A stretch of DNA of 64,000 bases, from assembly GCF_009914755.1 (NCBI RefSeq), contig NC_060928.1; one strand, 5' to 3'. Each line of letters begins with the position of its first letter. Position 1 is the first letter of the stretch. A program made the position numbers and the translations under genes. Shown here piece after piece: positions 13,530 through 24,396 of the stretch. Below the pieces are notes generated by a model. It made no database searches, had not been told where the DNA came from, and saw nothing but the letters and a program-made list of their open reading frames with translations. Origin of the DNA: the human T2T-CHM13v2.0 reference genome, Homo sapiens.

Positions 13530-14585
13530 CCGTCCTGGGCGAAATAGTGTTCCCTAAAAATCCGTGTCCACTTGGAACCTGAAAATGTGACTTTGTTCTT
13601 TATTGCTTATGTGTTCTGGAATTGTTTTCTATTACTGAGATTTGAAAAATCTTATATATTCTAGATAACAATTCTTTGTCATATAAATGCTTGCAAATAT
13701 TTTTCCTATCAATAATCTGTCTTTATTCTGAAATAGGTTTTTTGCTGGTGTGAACAAATAAAGGTGAGGTCATACAGAATTAAGGTGGGCCCAAATCTAA
13801 TGATTAAAATCTGTATTAGTTTCCTAGGGCTGTCTTAACAAGGTGCCACAGACTGGGAGTCTTAAACAACAGCAACTGACGTTCTCAAAGTTCTGGAGAC
13901 TAGAAGTTCAAGATCAAAGTGTCAGCAGGATTGGTTCCTTCTAAGGTCCATGAACAAAGGATTTGTTCCAGGCCTCTCTCATTGACTTGTTAATGACCAT
14001 CTTCTCCCTTGTCCTCACATTGTCTTCCTTCTGCATGTGTCTGTGTCCAGATTTCCTCTTTTTATAAGGGTGCCAGTCATATTGGATTACAATCCACCCT
14101 AATGATCTCATTTGAACTTAATTATGTTTGTAAAGACCTTATTTCCAAATAGGGTTGCCTTCTCAACTACTAGAGGTTAAGACTTCAACATATAAATTTG
14201 GGGAAGAATTCGTATGTTGAAATCCTAACTTCTAGTAGCTGAGAAGGCAACCCTATCTGGAAATTCAGCCCATAATTCAGCCCATATCATTGTCTTTACA
14301 AGAAGAGGAAAATTTGAACACAGGAATACATGCAGAAAAGATAACTGTGTGAATCCAGAGGTTTGAAGTTATCCTGCCATAAAACAAGGAAAGTCAAGGA
14401 TTTTCAGCAACCATCAGAAGTTAGAAGAAGCAAGGAAGGATTCTTACCTAGAGTCTAGTAGGAACTAACCAACACCTTGATTTCAGACTTCTAGCTTCCA
14501 GCATTTTGAGAAAGTAAATTTGTGTTACTTTAGGCCACCTAGTTTGTGGTTCTTTGTTACCACAACCCTAGGAAATGAGTAAACA
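13530..14585 (+). mobile_element. MLT1C-like MaLR LTR (interrupted)
   Basis: 5' end 'aatagtgttccctaaaaatccgtgtcc...gaacctgaaaatgtgac' and 3' end 'caccttgatttcagacttctag...ccctaggaaatgagtaaaca'. Confidence 0.75.
13813..14289 (-). mobile_element. MLT1B-like MaLR LTR nested in MLT1C
   Basis: 'tgtattagtttcctagggctg...aagaccttatttccaaatag...attcagcccatatca'. Confidence 0.8.
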
Positions 14586-14698
14586 TACCAACCGTGTGGG
14601 AGGATGTGGAGGAGCTGATGGAAATGTGAAATGGCATAAGCACTTTGGAGGAGAGTTTGCTAGTTTCTTAAAAAGTTAAACATACTCATTCTATATGA

Positions 14699-15255
14699 TG
14701 CCAGTAAAAGGGTCCTGATCTGGACTCCAAGAACAGTTTCTTGAATCTCATGCAGGAGAGAATTTGAGGTGAATCACAGAGCACAGTGAAAGAAACAAGT
14801 TTCTTGGAAGCTACTCAGCTACAGAGCAGGATGTCCTCAGAAAGCAGGAGGAGGAGCACAATGCCCTTTATTGGTTCCTTTACTTATAAGAAACTATTAG
14901 GAGCTATAATTAAACTTGGAATGCTCCTATGTGCACATTAAAGGTAGTGGCTATTGGTGTTACTGATAACCTTTAACCCTTCAACCTAAACTTACTCATT
15001 AATGTGATCTTTAAGTAAAGGGTGCTGTATTCTTAGGACTTTTGGATATTCTGCAGGCTTGGTGACAGATATTCTGTATGGTCATAAATATTCTGTAAAT
15101 ATAATTGGTGGTCAGCTTGGGATGTAGATATTTTCGACCATAAATATTACCCTTACAGGTGCCTTGTGAGTGCCCAACTACTCACTCTAAGATGGAGTCA
15201 CTCTAGTCATCATTTATTAAACCAGAGGCCTGGTAAGCAGGGGTTCCTCTAATAC
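14699..15255 (-). mobile_element. MER41-family (ERV1) solo LTR
   Basis: 'aaaagggtcctgatctggactccaaga...ttcttgaatctcatgca' at one end and 'aagatggagtcactctagt' near the other. It interrupts L1 sequence. Confidence 0.7.
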
Positions 15256-16051
15256 AGCCATTCCACTCTTATATATTCACCCAAGAGAAATGAATGCACA
15301 TGACCATACAAAGACTTCTGTTTAAATATTTGGAGCATTTCCTTTTGTAATAGCCGAAAACAGTGAAAAATCCCAAATGCTTCTTAATAAGTGAATTGAT
15401 GAATATTTTTCAGTATACTTATATGATGTGTCTCTGCAATAGAAAACAAATGAACTACAAATACATGCAACAACATAAATGAAACTAAAAATAATTAGGC
15501 TGAGTGAAAGAAGCCAGATAAAAATGATTATAAGCCATATGTTCCATTTCTATAAATCTCTAGATAATTCAAACTAATCTGCATTGACATGAAGCAGATC
15601 AGAAGTTGTCCAAGGAAGGAGGAGGCAGGGAGAGGTGGTAAAGAATTTCTATGAAGTGTCACAAAGGAACCTTTTGGGGTGGTGGGTGTGGTCACTATCT
15701 TGATTACAGTTATTGTTTTGTGGGATTGTCACACCTGATCAAATTGTAGACTCTAAGTATGTTCATCTATTTATGTCAATTATACCTTGATAAAACTGTT
15801 AAAATATATAAAAATTTAAAAAATTTGATGGTGATCAGGAGAAAATTAGAAGAAATATCAGAGTGATGAACACGGATCAGATATTATAGTGTACCATAGG
15901 CCAAACTAAATAGTTTTGACTTTCATACTTCAAGTGAAAGAAAGTAATTGACAGTTTCTGAGCATGATAGTTGCAAGATCTGGTATATGTTTAAATATAT
16001 CAGTCTGGCATTGTATAATGAATTACCTGTTGAGGACAAAAGAAAAAATAT

Positions 16052-17509
16052 TGAGAGGTGACAATGTGCCAGCAGCCCTCACTCACTCTCGGTGCCTCCT
16101 CGGCCTGGGCGTCCACTCTGGCTGCGCTTGAGGAGCCCTTCAGCCTGCCTCTGCACTATGGGGGCCCCTCTCTGGGCTGATTGAGGCTGGAGCCAGCTCC
16201 CTCTGCTTGCAGGGAGGTGTAGAGGGACAGGCATGGGTGGGAATCGGGGCTGTGCATGGAGCTCGTGGCCAGCCTGCATTCTGGGTGGGTGCGGGCTCCG
16301 CGGGCCCTGGGCCTGGCACTCCGAGTGGGCCCTGGGCAGTGAGGGGCTTAGCACCTGGGCCAGCAGCTGTGGAGGGTGCTCCAGGTCCCCCAGCACTGCC
16401 GGCCTGCCTGTGCCGTGCTCGAATTCTCACCGGGCCTCAGCCACCTGCCCATGGGGCAGGGCTCTGGACCTGCAGTCTGCCATGCCCAAGCCCCCCACCA
16501 CTGCCTCAGTCCCCGCCGTGGGCTCCCGTGGGCCCAAGACTCCCTGACGGGTGCTACCCCCTGCTCTGTGGCACCCGGTCTCATCGACTGCCCAAGGGCT
16601 GAGGTGTGCAAGTGTGCAGCATGGGACTGTCGGGCAGTTCTGCCCGCGGCGCCAGCACGGGATCCACTAGGCAAAGCCAACTGGGCTCCTGAATCCAGTG
16701 GGGACTTGGAGAACTTTTATGTCTGGCCAGAGGATTGTATGTGCACCAATCAGCACTCTGTGTCTAGCTCCGGGTTTGTGGATGCACCAATCAGCACTCT
16801 GTATCTAGCTAATCTGGTAGATACTTGGAGAACTTTTATGTCTAGCTAAAGGATTGTAAATGCACCAATCAGCACTCTGTGTCTAGTTCAAAGTTTGTAA
16901 ACGCACCAATCAGCACCCTGTGTCTAGCTCAAGGTTTGTAAAAGCACCAATCAGTGCTCTGTGTCTAGCTAATCTAGTGGGGACTTGGAGAACTTTTACC
17001 TCTAGCTAAAGGATTGTAAATACACCAATCAGCACTCTGTGTCTAGCTCAGGGATTGTAAACGCACCAATCAGCTCTCTGTAAAACGGACCAATCAGCTC
17101 TCTGTAAAATGGACCAATCGGCTCTCTGTAAAATGGGCCAATCAGCAGGATGTGGGTGGGGTCAGATAAGGTAATAAAAGCAGGCTTCCCGAGCCAGCAG
17201 CAGCAACGTGTTGGGGTCCCTTTCCATACTGTGGGGGCTTTGTTCTTTTGCTCTTCACAGTAAATTTTGCTGCTGCTCACTCTTTGGTTCTGCACTGCCT
17301 TTATGAGGTTTGACGCTCACTGCGAAGGTCGGCAGCTTCACTCCTGAGGCCAGCAAAACCAGGAACCCACAGGGAGGAATGAACAACTCTGGATGGGAGG
17401 AACAAACTCCTCCAGATGCGCCGCCTTAAGAGCTGTAACACTTACTGTGAGGGTCCACGGCTTCATTCTTGAAGTCAGTCAGACCAAGAACCCACCAGTT
17501 TCAGACACA
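16052..17509 (+). mobile_element. LTR12 (ERV9) solo LTR, LTR12D/E-like
   Basis: Starts TGAGAGGTGACAA, ends ...GACACA, 4-bp TSD ATAT (16048-16051 / 17510-17513). GC-rich U3 and tandem CCAAT repeats. Confidence 0.95.
16740..17185 (+). promoter_or_regulatory. LTR12 U3 enhancer/promoter: 10 CCAAT (NF-Y) boxes, a GATA site and an AATAAAA TATA-like box
   Basis: Ten 'ccaatc' motifs counted in 41-bp and 24-bp tandem units, followed by 'cagataag' (~17163) and 'aataaaa' (~17174). Confidence 0.75.
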
Positions 17510-18289
17510 ATATGAGACATGTCTGTGGGTTATTTTAGCATGACAGGCAAATAATGTGTGTAGGACTGACAATAACAAAGGAATAGTAAGGAGTAGTAAG
17601 ACTTGGGATATATATTTGAAGGAAGTCTACAACACTTGCCGGTAGTTTGGAGGAAAAGAGTAAGCGAATTAAGGGTGATTCCCCATTTCAGGCCTAAACA
17701 ACAAGGTTAAATTGTGTGTAATTAACTGGAATAGAGAAGACTAGGGAATAGACAAGAGGGAAATAAATAATGTTAGATTTTGAATATGTTTCCTTTGGAA
17801 AGCCTACTAAATATCAGAGTGGGTATCCTAGTAGGCATTTTAATATATTTGGTCTGGAAACCCAGACATAAGTCAGGACTAATAACATAAAACGGAAATC
17901 AATTAACACAAAGAAGGCATTTAAACTTTGGTGACCGAGCGAAATAATCTACATAGACTCTATGATTAGAAAAGAAGAGACAGGTAGGAATTGAGAGCTG
18001 GACATCCCAATATTTACAGGTGAGAAGGAAGATTTCAAATATCTACTTAATTTCCCTGCTGTCTCTTAGAGTTATCTCTTTCTGACCTTTTAAAAATACA
18101 TATTCTCTATCTTTTTTAAAATAGCGATATTTCATAGTAACTATCAGAATTTTTTTTGCATTCATATGCTTCTATATATATTGTCCTCTGGATTCAAATA
18201 TCAACTCTATTAATAAAATCTATTCAGTATGAATAATTATCTCTATATGCACAATGATATTCTCATCTTAAATTTAGCATATATAAAAT

Positions 18290-18502
18290 AAGATCCAGAA
18301 TTTCAAGCTCACAGTATACCAGCTATAGAAAATAAACTCATTTCACTTCTCTGTGCTTCAATTTCCTCACCTATTAAATTAGGATAAAACAACCCTTTCT
18401 TTTTAGGTTGTTTCAAGAAGCAGATGGGTTGTCACATGTAATACATGTGCTTAAAACAGTGACTGGCATATGATAAATATTCAATAAATTTTGCCATTAT
18501 TT
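18290..18502 (+). mobile_element. MIR SINE
   Basis: 'cttctctgtgcttcaatttcctcacctattaaattagg...acagtgactggcatatgataaatattcaataaat'. Confidence 0.75.
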
Positions 18503-18534
18503 ATTTTGACAAATGTTCTGTTCTCCTACTCACA

Positions 18535-18922
18535 TTTTAGTGAGGGTAAACTGACCAAGGTGTCATAGAAACAACCCCATAATCACAGTAAATTTACACA
18601 TGAAAAAGTCATTTCTTGCTTGGCTGAACATATTGTGAGAATTAGAGGACATTTTACGGTTGCTTCTATCTATCAAGTTCCTTAAAAATACAGTTCACAC
18701 ATAGTGCTCTAGCCATCTCAATTCTAGACCTCCACTGTTATCAGAAACATTTCAGAAAGTTGCATGCCTCTTGTTTTTTTGTTTTTTTTTAATCCCTAAA
18801 GGAACACATATCATTTCTGCTCACAGCTCATTGCGAAGTTACGGGACACTATCTAGCAGCAAGAGGCTTGGGATATACGGGAACACACATAGATATTTGG
18901 TGAGCGTTAAATGTCTGCACCC
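18535..18922 (-). mobile_element. Old MLT1 (J/K/L-type) LTR
   Basis: 'aaacaaccccataatcacagt...catttctgctcacagctcattg...atatttggtgagc'. Confidence 0.5.
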
Positions 18923-19207
18923 CATGTAAGACATCACTAGTCACTCTGAAAGCCAAGTTGAAATCTGGAATTTATTTCTGACTTCTCTCCTTCTCTCTTC
19001 ATCCATGTGTTTTTTTCAACTAAGCCTTCTTATTTCCTCCCCTTAATGTGTCTGAGATGAGCTTTCTTCTCTCCTCTACTGCTTTGTGCTGCAGCGAACA
19101 TAGACTCTTTATAAAGGAAAAAAAACACAACTGTATACTCTCCAACATTTTTGCATATGAAGTGTGTGGGCTTTTTTCCCACACCAACCCATTCTCCAAC
19201 TCTTGTA

Positions 19208-20339
19208 TGAAGGGGGCCAGCCCCTCCACAACCTGTGGGTGTTTCTCGTCAGGTGGGACGAGAGACTGAGAAAAGAAATAAGACACAGAGACAAAGTATA
19301 GAGAAAGAAAAGTGGGCCCAGGGGACTGGTGCTCAGCATATGGAGGACCCCCGCCGGCGCTGGTCTCTGAATTCCTTCAGTATTTATTGATCACTACCTC
19401 TATCATCTCGGAGAGGAGGATGTGGCAGGACAATAGGGTCATAGTGGGGAGAGTGTCATCAGGAAAACATGTGAGCGAAGGTCTCTGTGTCAAATAAGTT
19501 TAAGGAAAGTGCTGTGCTTTGATGTGCAGGTACACAAACGTCTCGGTACATTAAAGAGCAGTATTGCCACTAGCATGTGTCACCTCCAGCCCTAAGGCGG
19601 TTTTCTCCTGTCTCAGTAAATAGAACATACAATCGGGTTTTACACCGAGACATTCCATTCCCAGGGAGGAGCAGGAGACAGATGCCTTCCTCTTATCTCA
19701 ACTGCAAAGAGGCCTTCCTCTTTCACTAATCCTCCTCGGCACAGACCCTATACGAGTGTCCAGTGTCGGGCTCGGGGACGGTCAGGTCTTTCCCTTCCCA
19801 CAAGGCCATATCTCAGGCTATCACATAGGCACATAGGGGAGAAACCTTGGACAATACCTGGCTTTCCTGTGCAGAGGTCCCTGCAGCCTTCCACAGTGTA
19901 TTGCATCGCTGGGTACTTGAGATTAGAGAATGGCAATGACTTTTACCAAGAATTCTGCCTTCAAGCAATTTTTTTTTTAAATAGAGTTGAATTGGCTGTA
20001 ACTTAACAAATACAAAGTAGAAATAACTATGATTAGATATTTTACATAATATAATTTCTAAGCTACAATTAATAGCTATATACTATATTTCATATTTTAC
20101 AGAGAAAGCAAATATTTTCTAATACTACTGAATGTTTACAAAAATTAATCATATACTAGATTTAAAGAAATTTTTATTAAATTGTTAAAAGCATAAGCTG
20201 TACTCATAACATTCTTTGCCCATGCTTTAATTTTTTTTATTTTATTATTATTATACTTTAAGTTTTAGGGTACATGTGCACAATGTGCAGGTTTGTTACA
20301 TATGTATACATGTGCCATGTTGGTAAAGCACATCCTGCA
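19208..20339 (-). mobile_element. HERV-K (HML-2) LTR5A-like solo LTR, U3-truncated, interrupted by an L1 insertion
   Basis: 'tgaagggggccagcccctccaca...gagactgagaaaagaaataagacacagagacaaag...ccagccctaaggcggtttt...gagaaaccttggacaatacctgg'. It resumes with 'aaagcacatcctgca' at 20325 and is flanked by TTGTA on both sides. Confidence 0.9.
19969..20324 (-). mobile_element. Extremely 5'-truncated L1PA3/4-like insertion with ~250-bp 3' transduced flank
   Basis: 20231-20324 is the reverse complement of the L1PA terminal 'accaacatggcacatgtatac...ccctaaaacttaaagtataataataataaaa'. 19979-20230 is non-LTR sequence. T-run at 19969-19978. Confidence 0.75.
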
Positions 20340-21619
20340 TTGTATATCAACTGATGTCCTAAATTCAATGACACTAACTACCTGGAGTTTGTGCAGACCC
20401 CACAGGTTAAGGACTCAGTCCCACAAGGTTGCTCACCACTTCAGATGCCAGTCATAAGTAGTTAGAACATTTCTGTCTGACTTGACTACAAATCAGGGGT
20501 TCCCATGACCCCTGCTCAGGTTAGATAATGTGCTGTGACAGTTCATAGAACTCAGGAGAGCATTTGCTTAGATTTACAATGGATATGATAAAGAATACAG
20601 AAGAAGAGTAAGATGAAGAGATACATAGGGAAAGGTCTGAAAAAGTCCCAAGCACAGGAGCTTCTGTCCCTGTGGAGTTGGGGTATGCCACCCTCCTATC
20701 ACTTGGATCTGTTCACCAGCCTGGAAGCTCTACAATCCTGAAGCTCTCATTGTTTATTTTTCATGGAGGTTCCAACACAGACATGATGGATTAAATCATT
20801 GGCCATTGGTGACTGAACTCAATCTCCAGCCCCTTTCCCTTCCTCACAGGTTGAGGAGTGGGGATGAATGCGCCAACCCTGTAATTATGAGGTTGGTTAT
20901 TTTGTCAACCAGCTCTTCCTGAAATTGATAGCAGCTTGTTCAGCTACGAGTCATCTCATTAATATGCAAAAAAATGCTTACTCCTCCAGAGATTCCAAGG
21001 GTCTTCTGTCAGAAACCAGGAACTAATATCAAATACTGTAACAAGAGATGCTCCTATCATCCCTATCACTTGAGAAGTTACAAGAGTACTAGGAGCTTTG
21101 TGTCAGGAACTGGGAACAGAAACCAAATATACATTTTTATTACATCACAACCCTTACATAGTGTTCTGTTTGATCAGATTCCAGCTGTCTGCACTGTAAT
21201 CTGTCCTCCTCAGTGCTTCTAAAGTTACAACTATAAAAATATGACTAGGGGATTTCTTTGCACAAAACAATTCTGTTTTTCTACATTTCCTGTAATTGGA
21301 ACAGTCACATTCTTGACATTGGTGGCTAAGCAATAAGAAAAATAAAGTACTGTGTGGTTTTGTACCAGCAATTAAATGCTCTGGCATGGAAGTGATACAC
21401 CTGATTCCCACTCAAAACTTACTGTTCAAAACTGGCTTAAACAGCCCTTAACAATCTAACAATTCATTTCTGTTCATTTTTATGACCTCTGTACCCTAGT
21501 TTTTCTTATGTATTTCGACAATTTTTTTACTGCACACCTACTATGCTCAAGGATCATATTCAAATTCATTTTTTTTCATGCTTTACTCATATTCTTGTCT
21601 ACTAAAAGAATATATTTTG

Positions 21620-21905
21620 CTCTTCATTTAAGGCCAGACAAGAAATCCTTTAAGGCATGATTTAACTTTACCTATGTAAGTGTCCCCAAATATCTATTCT
21701 GTACCCATCAGAGGCTAAATTAATCTCATAGCATGTTGTTCATTTTTTGGCACAGTGTTAATACCTGAATTACTGTAGGTATTGATTAGTCTACTCGGTG
21801 TTGCTGACTGTTAGCACCTTAAGGGTGAGGAACTGGGATAATTCATCTTTGTAACACCAGAACTTGGCACAAATTATGTACTTAAAGTTGTGAATTGAAC
21901 TAAAA
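21620..21905 (+). mobile_element. L2 3' end
   Basis: 'ctgactgttagcaccttaagggtgagg...catctttgtaacaccagaacttggcacaaa...gaattgaact'. Confidence 0.55.
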
Positions 21906-22270
21906 CTTTGGCAACAATTCTATAGAGTTAATGCTTGAGGGAACACTTCACAATTGAAGTGCTAATTATAAAGCCTTTCCACAATTAGGATTTTACTCCA
22001 TAAATCACTACTATGTAAGTAAGCTGTGGTAGATGCATTGGCTTGAGCAATTCAATATCCATTCTCACCTCTTTCTAACTTGCTTTCTGAAAATGCAGAA
22101 GTGATGAATTTGTAAAACAAAATAAAAATACAAGATTTTTTATGCCCATATTTGTAGTTTTAGTTTACATTCCTCAAATCAGATACATTTAAATGAGACT
22201 TGAATTAAAAATCTTGATTTAAGAACAGAGAGAAGAAGGGCACAAAGCATCCATTTCTGTATATTCATGC

Positions 22271-22296
22271 GTGTGTGTGTGTGTGTGTGTGTGTGT
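22271..22296 (+). repeat. (GT)n microsatellite
   Basis: Direct observation. Confidence 0.95.
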
Positions 22297-24396
22297 CTGT
22301 TTTAGTACAGGTGTTGTGGTTCTGAAGCAAGGAGCTATAGTAGTGACTTCCTGATTCAACAGGCTTCCCTGACTATGTCAGGAAAAGTGGCTTCCTTGAA
22401 AGACCAGTTCTGTTGTTGACTTGGAAGTTACTTTTGGGATCTCAATCTAGAGTCTATTCCTAAAGCCTCTCAATACAATAAAATATTAAATACATCCCAA
22501 TGCATTATTTTTTCCTTATACTAACTTCAGTGGGTCCTGTCTTTGCTAATAAACTCTAACTGAGAGTAATTGGCACTTGAAAAAAAGCTTCAAGGAAACA
22601 GGCATCTGGTATTTAGCATCTGACCTGGTTGTGTTTGAAGCAATTAGGATCCTGCTAATGTCAGAGTATAGAACATTGTTTTTCTATTGTATGAGATAAA
22701 CAGCATTAAAGATTAACTGTAGTCTTTTAGGAGAAAGTGTCTATTGAAGTCAAGTATTTGGTGAGCTGCTGAGCTGCTGCAGTATACTCTTATGACAAGA
22801 ATGAAGAATGCATGAATTCTAGAATGAGCAACTGTTCTAGAGAATTTAGAAAAGGAAAAGGAAACAAGCCCAAGTTTCAAAGTACTACTCAAGACATTGT
22901 CACAGGTACAGAGAATGTGAGTGTCCTAAAAATTGTAATCCCTTTTTCTGTGTAGACAAAGGCCTAATATGCATACTAATCAATGTGTTAGTCAGAATGG
23001 GCTATCTATGCTTCATTAACAACCCCCAAAATCTAGGTAGTTGAAAACAAAAGTACTTCAAGCTATATAGCCATTGCTACTGAGATGAATATTCCCTTAT
23101 CATAGTTTCTGTTTATATTTATTAGTTTTTCTTCCATGAATGATGAGATCATTTCTGATTTACCTCAAGACTTAGAATAATGTTAACTATTGTGGCTACC
23201 TTAAAGACATGCCTATTCTTAAGACCCACCACTGTCACCTACTGCACCATTTGCACATTTGTGGAAAGAAATCTTAGGGTGATCTGGGATAACATTTATT
23301 TATCATACTTGATTAACAATTTTTCTAACTTATATCATGGAAATGAGGAAAATGTATGGGAATTAATTATGAATGTGGTGGGTGAAGGAGGGAAAAACAC
23401 AGTTTTATATAAATATTATATGTTTATGGATAAATACATTTACGAGGCTGCACTTATAAGGGGATCTGAGTGTTATTTGTAACTGAGCCAACCAAGAGTT
23501 GTTCTGTTTCCTTGATTTGTTTCTTAAACATGGACTCAAAGATGTCTTGTGCAAAACTGTTGAGATTCCAAAATGTCCATGATACAACACAGAAAAGGGG
23601 ATCCTAGTATCTTAAAGAGATAACAGTGAAGTGGCTTAATTGTGTATAATCCATTTATATATCTGCTAGTTATGACTCCTGAAGAACTGAGAGTCCTTTC
23701 ACCAAGACAGTGAGAAATGCATTGGTAAGGAAAGCCATAGCACACTATTTACTATTTTTCGTAGGATAATAATGAGGGTTGAATTAATATGCCTTTTGAT
23801 TTTAATGAGTATGATAAGTTCTTAGCATTTAGAGGCTAGGTGGAAATGTTTAATGGCCAGAAGCAAGGGCATCATGGTTTTCATAATAGGTAACAGTAAT
23901 AATAATCAGAATTTCTCACAATTGTTCCTGAAATACTAGATTTAAATAGAGGCAGCAGACCACTGATGTCTTACTCTGTTTATTTTTATAAATACAATCT
24001 TTGAAAGTACTTTTTATATTTAACATAAAGATTATAATCTTTATAAATAGAAATGTCCTAAAATATTCAGGAAAAGTAAAATTGCCTCTCTAGAAGTCTC
24101 TGAACTCAGTGCCTCTACCTCTGTAGAATTCCTTATTTAATCAGTACATTCTGCTTCTGAACAATGAATTTGTTTTCCAGCCAAAGAAGTGGAGCAATTG
24201 GTTTACACCAATAGAACTCACCAATCTCACTCTATCACTGGCAAGTAACTGGTTAGATCCCTTAAAGATCCTGGTGTTGTCATATTTAGAAAAAAAATTT
24301 CCAAAGTATGGCATTATAGAAGAGACATAATATTTTATATATCTGGGACCAACATACAAGGCTGGACTAGTTCTCCTATAGTCAAACCACGTGGAC

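Larger units (their letters stand above)
15830..18030 (-). mobile_element. L2 LINE fragment split by LTR12
   Basis: Degenerate antisense L2-like sequence on both sides of the LTR12 (15830-16050 and 17510-18030). Confidence 0.6.
19110..21149 (-). mobile_element. MER21-family LTR (interrupted by LTR5)
   Basis: 'cacaccaacccattctccaactc' continues at 20345 as 'caactgatgtcc...cagaccccacaggttaaggactcagtcccacaag' and ends 'aaaccaaatatacatttttattacatcaca'. Confidence 0.8.

Noticed and set aside
16079-16849. Several overlapping 96-157-aa GC-rich ORFs and a CpG-island-like patch
   Set aside because: Entirely within LTR12 U3. Stop-poor GC-rich sequence opens in all frames; not a host gene or gene promoter island.
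16740-17145. Regular direct repeats superficially like a CRISPR array
   Set aside because: These are LTR12 CCAAT tandem repeats without unique spacers, in eukaryotic DNA with no cas genes.
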